In this document: positions 37,865-47,510 of the stretch, piece by piece
Position numbering within the stretch: position 1 is the stretch's first letter
How the letters are laid out: every line of letters starts with the position of its first letter
NCBI GenBank assembly: GCA_040771805.1
Contig: JAXGZJ010000001.1
Coordinates: 1,113,287 to 1,177,286, forward strand
DNA length: 64,000 bases
Reading direction: 5' to 3'
DNA from: Methanofastidiosum sp.
Lineage (GTDB): Archaea > Methanobacteriota_B > Thermococci > Methanofastidiosales > Methanofastidiosaceae
The notes under the pieces: model-generated
Databases searched by the model: none
The model's input: only the letters and a program-made list of their open reading frames with translations
What the model was told of the DNA's origin: nothing
Position numbers and translations under genes: made by a program

Positions 37865-39220
37865 TTACATTTCAAAGCCAGGGGGCATCATTGGCATTTT
37901 ACCTTTCATTCCCCTAAGCTGTCTTTTGTTCATACCCTTTAGGAACTTCTTAATCATTGAATACTGATTTAATAATTCTTTTACTTCGCCCTGATTGGTA
38001 CCAGAACCCCTTGATATCCTCTTTATACGTTCGTGATTAATCAACTTAGGATTCCTTTTTTCCTGCATAGTCATTGAATCCATAATTATTCTAAATTTTG
38101 TAAGTTTTTCTTCTCCAACTTCAACCATATCTGTTGGTAGATTTGATCCCATTCCTGGTATCATTGACAATACTTGTTTCAATGGTCCCATTTTGCTTAC
38201 CATCTCCAACTGATTATACATGTCATAAAGATCAAATTTACCTGAAAGTATCTTATCTTTGTCTAGTTTAGAAAATTCTTCAGCCTTTGAAGCTTCCTTA
38301 ACTTTTTCTAATAGAGTTTCAAGATCTCCAAGCCCTAATAAACGTGAGACAAATCTTTTTGGATCAAATGGTTCTATAGAATCGATTTTTTCCCCAGTTC
38401 CTATAAATTTTATAGGTGCGCCTGTAGCAGCTGCAGCAGATAGTGCCCCTCCTCCTTTTGCTGAACCATCAAGTTTTGTAACTATAATGGATCCAACTTT
38501 AGTTGCGTTTGCAAATCCTTCGGCTTGAACGAAGGCCTGCTGGCCAATTGTGCCATCAATAACGAGTGTGACTTCATCAGGATTAATAGTACTTGATATT
38601 TTTTCCATTTCTTCTATTAATCCCTTTTCCTCCCTATGTCTTCCTGCAGTGTCAACAAGAATTATATCTGATACCTTTTCTTTAAAGTACTTTACCCCTT
38701 CTTTTGCTAGCTTTATGCTATCTTTCTCATTAGGATCACCAAATACCGGTATGTTATTCTCAGAACAAAATTGTTTCAATTGCTCAAAAGCTCCAGGTCT
38801 CCACGTATCTGCCCCAACGACACCTACTTTAAATCCTCTTTTTTGATAGAATCTGGCAAGTTTTCCAGTAGTTGTGGTCTTACCACTTCCTTGGATGCCT
38901 ACCATTAAAATTACTTTTCCTTTTTTATCGGGAAGATATTCTTTCTTACTGTCAGAGCCCATAAATTTTGAAAGCTCTTCATAAACTATTTTTATAATAT
39001 GTTCCTTCCTTGATACTCCTTTTGGTAATTTTTCATCCATTGCCCGCGATTCAATGCTTTTTGACAATTCAAAAACAAGTTTTACATTCACATCAGAGAG
39101 CAAAAGTGCTTTTTGAATATCTTTGATAAGTTCTTTTATCAGAGATTCGTCAACTACGCCTGCTTTTGTCAATTTTCTCAATGCACCACTCAAAGCACCT
39201 GAAAGAGAATCTAAGACCAT
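37865..39220 (-). CDS. srp54: signal recognition particle protein Srp54
   Basis: GTPase motifs GIQGSGKTTT, DTAGR and TKLDG, plus a Met-rich C-terminal M domain (MKGKMPMMPPGFEM). Confidence 0.95.
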   Translation of the reverse strand: MVLDSLSGALSGALRKLTKAGVVDESLIKELIKDIQKALLLSDVNVKLVFELSKSIESRAMDEKLPKGVSRKEHIIKIVYEELSKFMGSDSKKEYLPDKKGKVILMVGIQGSGKTTTTGKLARFYQKRGFKVGVVGADTWRPGAFEQLKQFCSENNIPVFGDPNEKDSIKLAKEGVKYFKEKVSDIILVDTAGRHREEKGLIEEMEKISSTINPDEVTLVIDGTIGQQAFVQAEGFANATKVGSIIVTKLDGSAKGGGALSAAAATGAPIKFIGTGEKIDSIEPFDPKRFVSRLLGLGDLETLLEKVKEASKAEEFSKLDKDKILSGKFDLYDMYNQLEMVSKMGPLKQVLSMIPGMGSNLPTDMVEVGEEKLTKFRIIMDSMTMQEKRNPKLINHERIKRISRGSGTNQGEVKELLNQYSMIKKFLKGMNKRQLRGMKGKMPMMPPGFEM

Positions 39221-39259
39221 AAAATCACTAACTAAAAAAACTGATTTTCTTATAAAAAA

Positions 39260-40210
39260 CTAATGGTTAATTTTCTTTTTTAAAGTAACCACAAACGTTC
39301 TACCAATAGGTTCTCGTCTAATTACCTCTTTTTTCTCAAGATTTGTGAGAATTTTAGTAATTTTAGCTTTAGAAAAACCCGTCAGATTAGATAATCTTTT
39401 TTGTTTTATTGTTCCACCTTCGTTCCTTAATATGTTACAAATAATTCTTTCATCTTCCGATAGGAGTGAAGATGGGATTTTTAATTCAGATTCTTTATTC
39501 TTGAAAGTTTTATTAAAAATCAGTATTCCCGATACTACCAATAATATTGAAAAAATGATGAAGGGAATAAAAATATTAAAATTAAAATCATTATTTTCTA
39601 CAAGTGAGTTGTATTTTACTCTAAACATTGTCGGCGTCTTGGGTGATTTCATTTCCCATAAAACAATGATTCTTTTTCCATCACTTTGTAGATATGTAGG
39701 TTCTGGGATAATTGAAGAGATATCTTCATTATTGATGCCGTGAGCCAGCGGAAGTTTTATTCTGAAAATAAAATTTTTAACATTTGGATAGACTAATTCC
39801 CTCATATATATAAAATCTTTTTTCTTTTTCTCTATAGCTTCTGAGAAAGTATAGTATATTTTTATACTGTTTAATTCATTAGCAGTTAATTTAATTGTTT
39901 TTCCCTCAGAAAACTCTATCTTTATATCATTATGCATTAACTCTAGATTTTTGTATATTTGTGGAAGATGAAGATCAAAATCTATTTCTTCTTTGGTAAA
40001 GAGAATCATATCAATCGTTTCTTTCAATGAAAGGTCTTCCATCAATTCAACATCTATTTTTAAGTATGTTATTTCAACTTGTGTATCTGCAAAGACGAAA
40101 ATGTTGGAAAAAGAGAACATTAAAAAAAAGAGGATTGATGCCATGAAAGAAAATTTACTGAGTACTTTTCTTTGTTTTACCATATCATTACCTAGGATAA
40201 GACTGAACAT
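39260..40210 (-). CDS. membrane-anchored winged-helix protein (COG2512-like)
   Basis: Signal/TM at the N-terminus, an extracytoplasmic domain, one TM (IFIPFIIFSILLVVSGILIF), then a cytoplasmic wHTH (ERIICNILRNEGGTIKQKRLSNLTGFSKAKITKILTNLEKKEVI). An alternative start is Met10 (40183). Confidence 0.65.
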   Translation of the reverse strand: MFSLILGNDMVKQRKVLSKFSFMASILFFLMFSFSNIFVFADTQVEITYLKIDVELMEDLSLKETIDMILFTKEEIDFDLHLPQIYKNLELMHNDIKIEFSEGKTIKLTANELNSIKIYYTFSEAIEKKKKDFIYMRELVYPNVKNFIFRIKLPLAHGINNEDISSIIPEPTYLQSDGKRIIVLWEMKSPKTPTMFRVKYNSLVENNDFNFNIFIPFIIFSILLVVSGILIFNKTFKNKESELKIPSSLLSEDERIICNILRNEGGTIKQKRLSNLTGFSKAKITKILTNLEKKEVIRREPIGRTFVVTLKKKINH

Positions 40211-40393
40211 TAAATTTAATCGATTATCAATTTACAAAAATATATATTTTTTTATATAAAATTATATATAAGGTTTTAGATAAATTCAATCTTAGGATTC
40301 AATTAAAAAACTCGACAATTATTTCATATCAACGTTTTTAGAACCGGCCATATTTATAAATAATTATTTAACAAAGACCGGTTCTTTATTTTT

Positions 40394-40633
40394 TTATAGA
40401 GCAATCATTGTTGAAGTCATTTGAACCCCATCAATATTTCTAATTTTTTCAGTAAGGAAAGGGTCAAGATCTTTTAACTGTTCTACGTTAACTTTAACAA
40501 CAATATCATATTCACCATATACAATATATGCTTCTTCAACTTCTTTCATACTTTTTAAACTCTCTAAAATACTCTTTTCTTTTCCTGCATCCCCTACGAT
40601 AAGGGCAAAAGCAACAACCATTATATCACCCAT
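40394..40633 (-). CDS. stand-alone Lrp/AsnC ligand-binding (RAM) domain protein
   Basis: 79 aa. VVAFALI...EVEEAYIVYGEYDIVVKVNV...L..F....I..I.GV..T.T matches the RAM-domain pattern. No HTH. Confidence 0.7.
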   Translation of the reverse strand: MGDIMVVAFALIVGDAGKEKSILESLKSMKEVEEAYIVYGEYDIVVKVNVEQLKDLDPFLTEKIRNIDGVQMTSTMIAL

Positions 40634-40775
40634 ATCAATTATGAATTTTATATATTTAAAACTTCGTATTTTGAAATCCTATAATTCTTTTGTCGCTAAT
40701 TTATTTAAAACTTCGAATAAATGATGTACGAATGCTATCCAAATAATTTTTAAACTAAAATCAATCATTTTATTT

Positions 40776-41261
40776 ATGAAAATATTGGCTGCTTGTATAC
40801 TTTTTCTAATTGTGATTTTTCCAATCTCTTGTGAACTTAGCACCCTTATTATCCCGTTAAATGATAGTGACATTCCTAAAGAGATAAAGCCTTTAATTAA
40901 AGAAGGTTACAGAATATATTTTCAAGATTTTGAAGAAAATCTAATTGAATTCATTTGTTACGATGATAGCTCAGCTTCCCTCCTTTTGGAGGAATTCATA
41001 AATTCAAGGGGAGGGTACAAACTTCAAGAGTATAGTCCGTATTCTTACAAGAATATGGGCGGTTATTATTTTACTACTACTTGGGGCACAGGATACATTC
41101 TAAAAGACAACAACAGGGTATATGTTTTTAATTCTCCTTCGAACAATATTAAAAATCTTAATACTTTAATAGAAAATAAGTTTGGAAAGATATACCCGTA
41201 CCACTTTCTAATTTTACTATTAATCCCAATAGGAGTAGTTTTCTATATACTGTTTAAATGA
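40776..41261 (+). CDS. hypothetical exported protein with C-terminal TM anchor
   Basis: Signal peptide MKILAACILFLIVIFPISC and C-terminal helix FLILLLIPIGVVFYILF. No domain recognised. Confidence 0.55.
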   Translation: MKILAACILFLIVIFPISCELSTLIIPLNDSDIPKEIKPLIKEGYRIYFQDFEENLIEFICYDDSSASLLLEEFINSRGGYKLQEYSPYSYKNMGGYYFTTTWGTGYILKDNNRVYVFNSPSNNIKNLNTLIENKFGKIYPYHFLILLLIPIGVVFYILFK

Positions 41262-42111
41262 GATCTTCAACTTTTTCTGATATTTCTTTTATCTCTTCAG
41301 TTTTCATTCCATAAAGCTTAATTGCCTCAATTACAAAACCATTTTCTTTTACTCTGTCGTATCTGGGACATTTAGTAAACAATGATTTTCCACTTTTAGG
41401 TCGTATTATCCGATTTAAACGTTCAAGTAATTTATTTGGATTTTCATATTTTACAAAGATAGATAACGATTTGGAGTCTCTATAAGGTATGTTAAGAGAG
41501 GATTGGTAAAAAATTTTTACTATGTCTCTTATTTCATTTAGCTTTGTATTTGAATTTTCAACTTCAGTGTAAAGCTTTTCATAATAGCTTGTAGGTAGGT
41601 GAGAAAATGATAGAACTTTTTCAGATTCTTTAAGATTTATTTCTGTAGAAATTCCAACAAATCCGCCATACCCACACTCTAGAATTTTTGGACTTCCAGT
41701 TGAGCAATATATTATGTCTGCCCATCCAAAGTCTTTATCAGGGAATGTTCCAGATATATCTTCAATTGATACAATCCCCATTCTATTTGTTTCTTGACAT
41801 ATTAATTTTGAGGGATTCGATCTCATATATCCAGAAAGAGATGTAAATAAAAAAGCATCTATATCTTTATTAAATTTAGGAATTATGATCCCCTTTTCGG
41901 TAGGAAATTCGACGTACTTTTTTTTTAGAAGATTTGGTATTTCAATAAATCCTTTAAAACCACCCTGATCAGGTATTCCAATCTTAGAGAAATTGGAATC
42001 AAATAAGATGGAAAAAAGTCCAAACGTAGCAGAGTTAACAAAAAATAATCTATAGTCTCGATTAAGAGACTGAGATATTCTTTTCTTTGTAGTTAGAATA
42101 ATCTCCTCCAT
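41254..42111 (-). CDS. short PLP-dependent-transferase-fold protein (DegT/class V-like), function unknown
   Basis: Fold-type-I-like layout: VNSATFGL, VSIEDISGTF and a candidate PLP-Lys in CSTGSPKILECGYGGFVG. Only 285 aa. GGTGG lies upstream of the ATG. The 5' end overlaps the upstream gene by 50 nt. Confidence 0.45.
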   Translation of the reverse strand: MEEIILTTKKRISQSLNRDYRLFFVNSATFGLFSILFDSNFSKIGIPDQGGFKGFIEIPNLLKKKYVEFPTEKGIIIPKFNKDIDAFLFTSLSGYMRSNPSKLICQETNRMGIVSIEDISGTFPDKDFGWADIIYCSTGSPKILECGYGGFVGISTEINLKESEKVLSFSHLPTSYYEKLYTEVENSNTKLNEIRDIVKIFYQSSLNIPYRDSKSLSIFVKYENPNKLLERLNRIIRPKSGKSLFTKCPRYDRVKENGFVIEAIKLYGMKTEEIKEISEKVEDLI

Positions 42112-44143
42112 ATTTTTTCCACCAATTTTTTACAGTAAAGTTATCGGGTCTTAAAAATTCGTTATTTTCTATCGAAATATCGGAGATGACGTCAATTCTT
42201 AGCGCTTTGATACATTTTTCTGCAGTATCATATCCCACCAGATATCTTTTTTCTGCAACAACGACCCCCAACGGATTAATCCTTGAAGTCCTAGATACTT
42301 TGTCGTCAAGATCAAAGTAAGACAATAAAACAGATTTTCTTTTTTTCGATGCCTCAAGTAGATCTCTTGTAATATTTGGCCGAATATCTATACTTCTTTC
42401 AAATCCTTCTTCTCTAAAGAAATATTCTGTATCTTCTTTCTTTAAACCAGTTAGGTATCCTTCTTTAATTGACTTAATTTCAGATTTTAAATCAATATTC
42501 TCAGTAGATTTCTCTAGAAACGATTCTTTCTTTTCATCATAGCCTTCGATATGTATTTGGATAAATATTCCATTCTTTTCTAAGATTTCCCTTATTTTAG
42601 GTATATTTTCTTCTTTAATTAAAATAATATTTGGTTCAATTGATTGTTCAATATAACTACTTATCCTCTTGTTTATTTCTAAAAATAATGGAACGTCATT
42701 CACTACAATAAACGTTCCTTTGAAAGTCCTAACTTTGCCATATTTAGAAGCCCAGTCCCTCAGTTGGTATATGACATTTTGAGGTATATCGTTTGAGGAG
42801 TATTTTTTTAAAAAATAAATTATTTTATCAAGAGAAAATCCAGATTCAATCCCTTTCATTATAGTTTCCGAGGTTATTTGATACAAACTTACCATATCTG
42901 CTTTTTGTATATCCGCAAATCTATTTAAGTCAAAAAGTGCGATCTTATCAATTTCTTCTGACAGGACGGATATTTCAAAGTTTGGCGTCATAAAAAGAAT
43001 CTTTTTCGGTTTTACTCCACAGCTCTTATCAAGATATATTGTGGGTTCTTTAGATGCTTTTCTTTCTGATGTTAAAAGCTCCTTACCGAATTCAGTAAGT
43101 GAAAAAGAAATCATCTTCCCCTCAATAAATCCTCCGTCCACAATACCAAGCCATAATAAATAGTCAGAAATAACTTTTTCAAAGAATTTATCATCAAAAT
43201 ATATCCAACGATTTTCATCTTTTTCATCAAATAACTTATTTTGTAATTTTTTAATGAAGGACTTAATGAAGATATTCTCCCCAACTTCGACCTTTTTTAT
43301 GGCATCAAGAACGATCCTAATGTTAAGCTCATTTACCCTGCTTATGAAAATCTCCTTTCTTTTAAATCCTTCAATGCTTTCCAAACCAAAGAATATGTAC
43401 TTAAAAAACAGTCTAATCAGATCTTCATCAGTAATTGGCAAAATCTCATTAATTTTATCTGTAAGAATGTATTGGTCGCTTGATATCTTGATTAATCCAA
43501 AATCAAGAGCAAGGCTTTCTATGAATTGAGATCTGGCTTCGTTTTTAATGTGTAGTTTTTCTATGAATCGCTCTTGATCTTTTTTAGATATCTCTTTTTT
43601 TGCAGTAAGTTTTAACTCCTCCTTTGCAATAAATGATAAAAAAATTATTAAGTCGGATATAAGTAAATTTTTGTCTTTTCTAATGTGTAAATTATCAAAA
43701 GAGATATCTTCTGGCACCTTCTTGAAAATATTGATTAATTTTTCCCTTAAATTTGGATTGACAACATATGTTTTAATTATCCCCTCCACGCCTTCTAAAA
43801 CCAACAGATCTGTTTCAAGAGTTTTAATAACTTCTTCAAATGTCCAGAAGCTGTATTTTTCTATAAAAATATTTTGGGCATCCTGCTGCTTTTTAACTCC
43901 TCCAGCCATAAGCAAGATGCCTAAAAATTCTTTTTCCTTGAGCGATAATGAATTAAAAACAGATTCAATAATATTTTCATTTTCCATAGCTATTTTTAGA
44001 GAGTCAATGATTTTCTCTCTAGGCGTCGTAATATCAATTCCCCAAACCTTAAGAGTGTTTTCTATCTGTTTACTAGACAAATCTTTTATTTTTTCCCAAT
44101 CGTCCAATAACTCACCTATCAATTGATTCTGTAAGCTTATCAA
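42062..44143 (-). CDS. XPB-N-terminal/Tfb2-like (Helicase_C_3-type) domain protein with WYL-like C-terminus
   Basis: Residues about 381-525 (FMTPNFEISVL...SLYQITSETIMKGIESGFSLDKIIYFLKKYSSNDIPQNVIYQLRDWASKYGKV) resemble the XPB N-terminal / p52-Tfb2 module. Residues about 601-665 (SVLLSYFDL...RINPLGVVVAEKRYLVGYD...IKALRIDVISDISI) resemble a WYL domain. The TTG start is uncertain: 44143 or 44107, the latter with GGTGAG upstream. Confidence 0.45.
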   Translation of the reverse strand: MISLQNQLIGELLDDWEKIKDLSSKQIENTLKVWGIDITTPREKIIDSLKIAMENENIIESVFNSLSLKEKEFLGILLMAGGVKKQQDAQNIFIEKYSFWTFEEVIKTLETDLLVLEGVEGIIKTYVVNPNLREKLINIFKKVPEDISFDNLHIRKDKNLLISDLIIFLSFIAKEELKLTAKKEISKKDQERFIEKLHIKNEARSQFIESLALDFGLIKISSDQYILTDKINEILPITDEDLIRLFFKYIFFGLESIEGFKRKEIFISRVNELNIRIVLDAIKKVEVGENIFIKSFIKKLQNKLFDEKDENRWIYFDDKFFEKVISDYLLWLGIVDGGFIEGKMISFSLTEFGKELLTSERKASKEPTIYLDKSCGVKPKKILFMTPNFEISVLSEEIDKIALFDLNRFADIQKADMVSLYQITSETIMKGIESGFSLDKIIYFLKKYSSNDIPQNVIYQLRDWASKYGKVRTFKGTFIVVNDVPLFLEINKRISSYIEQSIEPNIILIKEENIPKIREILEKNGIFIQIHIEGYDEKKESFLEKSTENIDLKSEIKSIKEGYLTGLKKEDTEYFFREEGFERSIDIRPNITRDLLEASKKRKSVLLSYFDLDDKVSRTSRINPLGVVVAEKRYLVGYDTAEKCIKALRIDVISDISIENNEFLRPDNFTVKNWWKKYGGDYSNYKEKNISVS

Positions 44144-45749
44144 ATTTAAATACTTTATATGGGCATGAAGATTGGCATCTTAAACAAGCTTCACCGTTAC
44201 ATCTTTCAGACAATATTCTTATTTTGAAATTCCCTTCTTTTAATGCTTCTACCTTTAAAGCTCTTTCGGGGCACACCCTTTCACACTTCCCACAACCCTG
44301 ACAATTTTCAAATTCTGCAACTAATTCAACGCCAATATGATCAATTACCTTTAATTCTTGGCCTATATCTGGGATATCCCTTTTAACAATCTTATTGACC
44401 TCCAAATCTCCCTTTACAGAAGGTAAAGTCTGAATATTTTTTAAGACAAGCATTTCATTGTATTTTTCAAAAGACATTCCTTGCTCCCAATACGCAAGCT
44501 CTTGTACATATACGTCAGTAAATATTTTTGATGTTGCAAACATAATATGTTTGCTTCTAATCTTATTTGCAAGTTTTTGTAATTCCTCTAATGTATAGTT
44601 TTCAACTAGAATATCGTAAGCTAAGAGTAGTGAAGTATTCCCAACTTGATACACTTTTTGTATTGTGGGTGGAATGAGTCCTATCTTTCTTGACTTTATA
44701 GCATCGACATAAGTACCAGATGCCCCACACATATACATAGTTTTAACGTCTTCTAGATTTATCCCTGCTTCTTGGGCTAGAGTAAGATGACCGGCTCTGA
44801 TGGCGCCAATTGCCTTTCCAGCTTCTTTGAGGTCCTCTTCGGTGAAATAAATATTTTCGTCAAGCCGTAATCTTCTAGTTTTTGTATAGATGTAAGGAAG
44901 TTCAATTACCCCAGTCTCAAGGCCTGCATAGATTACAGATACTACCCCGGTACCAGTTATGCCTCTTACTTCAACATTTGATAATCTCTTTCCCCTAAAA
45001 TCTTCCTTCCATAGATCTAAAACTCTAACGCTCTGCGGTAGCATATTATCATCAAGTACTAAGGTATGCCATCCAAATTCAAGGACAATGTCAGAAATTG
45101 CTCCTGGAGATGCAAGCATTCCACAAGATATCTCTTGACCTTCAAGTGCGGGCCCTGAAGCAGCCGAGCCAGTAAATATTTTATCCCCTACCTTCAATGC
45201 CATTTCTGCATTTGTTCCATAATCTGTAACCAAGGATATTTCCTTATTATCTAGAAAATTACTTTTCAGCATCATCGCAAGGGCATCTGCACCAATTTCG
45301 TGTTTTATTGCAGGAGGGATTAAAATATCCGCGTTGATTTCTTTAATTCCTAAATCTTTTGAAGAAATCACCTTAGCATTTCTTGATTGAATTTTTATTT
45401 TATTGGCTTCAAGATATTTGGGATCTGCATAAGCTAAATCTTTGATACTTATACCTTCAAATAATGAGAGTTGAATAGGATTGCCGCAAATGGCAATCCT
45501 TTCAATAGTATCACGGTCTATTTTCATTTGGTCTAAAATTCTTTCAAATGCATCAACCATTAGCTTATGTGCTATTTCTTCGCCGACCCTGATAGCAAAA
45601 TTAAGATGATCCATTACATTAGCACCAGGCAATGGGTGTCTTAATGTAATTGCAGTTCTCAATACTTTTTTAGTTTTCAAATCGACAAGTTGAACTCTAA
45701 ATCCACTTGTGCCTATATCAAATGCAATACCCATTGGCATATTACTCAC
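44112..45749 (-). CDS. ramA: RamA-like corrinoid-protein reductive activase (ASKHA ATPase plus C-terminal 2x[4Fe-4S])
   Basis: N-terminal ASKHA phosphate-1 motif GIAFDIGTSGFRVQLVDL followed by HPLPGANVMDHLNFAI. C-terminal CQGCGKCERVCP and CLRCQSSCP motifs. Architecture matches the COG3894 RamA family. Confidence 0.7.
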   Translation of the reverse strand: MSNMPMGIAFDIGTSGFRVQLVDLKTKKVLRTAITLRHPLPGANVMDHLNFAIRVGEEIAHKLMVDAFERILDQMKIDRDTIERIAICGNPIQLSLFEGISIKDLAYADPKYLEANKIKIQSRNAKVISSKDLGIKEINADILIPPAIKHEIGADALAMMLKSNFLDNKEISLVTDYGTNAEMALKVGDKIFTGSAASGPALEGQEISCGMLASPGAISDIVLEFGWHTLVLDDNMLPQSVRVLDLWKEDFRGKRLSNVEVRGITGTGVVSVIYAGLETGVIELPYIYTKTRRLRLDENIYFTEEDLKEAGKAIGAIRAGHLTLAQEAGINLEDVKTMYMCGASGTYVDAIKSRKIGLIPPTIQKVYQVGNTSLLLAYDILVENYTLEELQKLANKIRSKHIMFATSKIFTDVYVQELAYWEQGMSFEKYNEMLVLKNIQTLPSVKGDLEVNKIVKRDIPDIGQELKVIDHIGVELVAEFENCQGCGKCERVCPERALKVEALKEGNFKIRILSERCNGEACLRCQSSCPYKVFKFDKLTESIDR

Positions 45750-45994
45750 CTGAATAATAATAATTCAAATCCTATGAGTAGGATATTCCTTTTTTAATCT
45801 TTCGGAATAAATTATACCACAAAATCAATTTTAAAAAATATCAATTCTTAAATAATTTATTAAGAGAAAAAAACAATTTTCAAAAAATGATATCTCTATA
45901 TTTACTTTAGATTAAATATATATGCATCCTTTAAATTTATTACTAATAAATAATTATATGGTCAAACATTTAATACCGAAAAATATATAAATAG

Positions 45995-46046
45995 CCTTAT
46001 CTGATGACAATCGGATAAGGTTATCTGATTTTAAACCTTATCTAAT
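45995..46046 (+). promoter_or_regulatory. three TTATCTRAT boxes plus a 7-bp inverted repeat upstream of the glcD/hdrD-like operon
   Basis: TTATCTGAT at 45997 and 46021, TTATCTAAT at 46038. CCTTATC (45995-46001) pairs with GATAAGG (46014-46020). A TATA-like AAATATATAAATA lies just upstream (about 45981-45993). Confidence 0.45.
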
Positions 46047-46065
46047 TAATCCAGGAGGAATCTTT

Positions 46066-47505
46066 TTGGACAAAAAAGAAAGAATATATAAGACATTAAG
46101 CCAAATCGTAGGCGATGAAAAATGGGTTTCTAACAGTCCCGTTGATTGTTGGGCTTATTCCTACGATATGACATACAAGAGACCACAGATGCCAAATTAT
46201 GTTGTTCTCCCAAAAACGCCTGAGGAAATTCAGTCAATTCTCAGACTTGCAAATGCAGAAAAGATGCCAGTTGTACCGTTTACAGCCGGTACAAACATTG
46301 GAGGTCTTTGCGTTCCAGAACAAGGCGGTATCTTGATGGATCTTAAGAGAATGGACGAAATTATCGAAATCAATGAAGAAGTAAGATTTGCTGTTATAGA
46401 GCCAGGTGTGAGCCAGGCTCAGTTTGCACAAGAACTTTTCAAGAGAGGATACAGATTTGGATGGCCAGTAGGTCCACCATCTGCTTCAGTATTAGCATGT
46501 GCAATACACCACGGAATTGGTGGAATGAGTGGCAGATATGGGCTCAATAGTAACCATATTACCGGTATGGAAGTAGTAAGGCCAACTGGAGAAATATTAA
46601 TGTGTGGATCTCCTGCAATTAGAAGAGATTCATGGCAGAGCTGTATGCCCCTTCCAAGATTTGACGGTCTTTTTACAGGCACCCTTGGAACAACAGGCGT
46701 TGTAACAAAGCTTGGAGTCTTTATCCCTCCAGTGCCTGATTATGTACACATAGGGACTTTTGCTGCAGAAAACTTAACTGATATGGAAATGTTCATGAGA
46801 ACATTCAGTAAATATGAATACGCAGACGACCTTACCGCAATCTCATGGTGGCTAAGCCAAGTACCAATTCCCTATCCTTATGTTGAAAAACCAAAAGGTG
46901 CTCCGGAATGGACTGGATACTGTACCTTATACGCATTTACCGAGAAAGAGTTAGAGAATAAGGTAGATGTTTTCAACAAAGTAATAAAAGACCTAGGTAA
47001 AAAAGGCAACACCATTAAAGCTACAGATGTTCCCGAAGAATCAAAGAAAGGAAGAACTCAATTACCTTCTCAGATAGTAGGCTCAACAAAGAACTACTGT
47101 AAGATGGGTGGAGGAGGAATAGCTTGGCCCGGAACATTTACCCCTTCAAACAGATGGGTAGCTGTTTATAATTTGTGGAAAGAAATTTACACAAAGAAGG
47201 CTAAGATTGCATTATCACCATCAACAAGAGTTACAATGTACCGTGGATGTCACTATGGTATGTTAAGGCTCATGACACCATTCCCAAGAGACAGACCTGA
47301 AGAAGAAGCAAACGCTGCATGGTGTATCAGAGAAGCTGCAAAAGTTTTAATTGATGCTGGAGGTATCCCATATAAACCCCCAACAGACTTTGCAAGAGAA
47401 ATTAACAAGAGAGCAGATCCAGGATGGATAGACCTTATCTGTGATATTAAAGACATGCTTGATCCAAACGGAATCATGAATCCAGGTAAATGGGGCGTAA
47501 GGTGA
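46066..47505 (+). CDS. FAD-binding oxidase, GlcD / D-lactate dehydrogenase-like
   Basis: PCMH-type FAD-binding domain (VVLPKTPEEIQSILRLANAEKMPVVPFTAGTNIGG). C-terminal NPGK motif region DMLDPNGIMNPGKWG. TTG start with GGAGGA upstream. Confidence 0.8.
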   Translation: MDKKERIYKTLSQIVGDEKWVSNSPVDCWAYSYDMTYKRPQMPNYVVLPKTPEEIQSILRLANAEKMPVVPFTAGTNIGGLCVPEQGGILMDLKRMDEIIEINEEVRFAVIEPGVSQAQFAQELFKRGYRFGWPVGPPSASVLACAIHHGIGGMSGRYGLNSNHITGMEVVRPTGEILMCGSPAIRRDSWQSCMPLPRFDGLFTGTLGTTGVVTKLGVFIPPVPDYVHIGTFAAENLTDMEMFMRTFSKYEYADDLTAISWWLSQVPIPYPYVEKPKGAPEWTGYCTLYAFTEKELENKVDVFNKVIKDLGKKGNTIKATDVPEESKKGRTQLPSQIVGSTKNYCKMGGGGIAWPGTFTPSNRWVAVYNLWKEIYTKKAKIALSPSTRVTMYRGCHYGMLRLMTPFPRDRPEEEANAAWCIREAAKVLIDAGGIPYKPPTDFAREINKRADPGWIDLICDIKDMLDPNGIMNPGKWGVR

Positions 47506-47510
47506 TACAA

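Noticed and set aside
40340-40398. 8-bp stem (AGAACCGG / CCGGTTCT) with a 30-nt loop followed by a T-run on the plus strand, suggesting an intrinsic terminator for an unannotated plus-strand small RNA.
   Set aside because: The flanking TATA-like elements are equally well explained as the promoter of the minus-strand gene 39260-40210. The T-run overlaps the stop codon of the minus-strand RAM-domain gene. Archaeal termination needs only oligo-T, and there is no supporting ORF or conserved RNA motif.
46001-46028. CTGATGA ... CTGA spacing that resembles C and D boxes of a C/D sRNA.
   Set aside because: Only one box pair is present and the spacing is wrong for a guide. There is no terminal stem around the boxes; the inverted repeat instead encloses the putative C box. 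It is better explained as operator or leader structure of the glcD-like gene.
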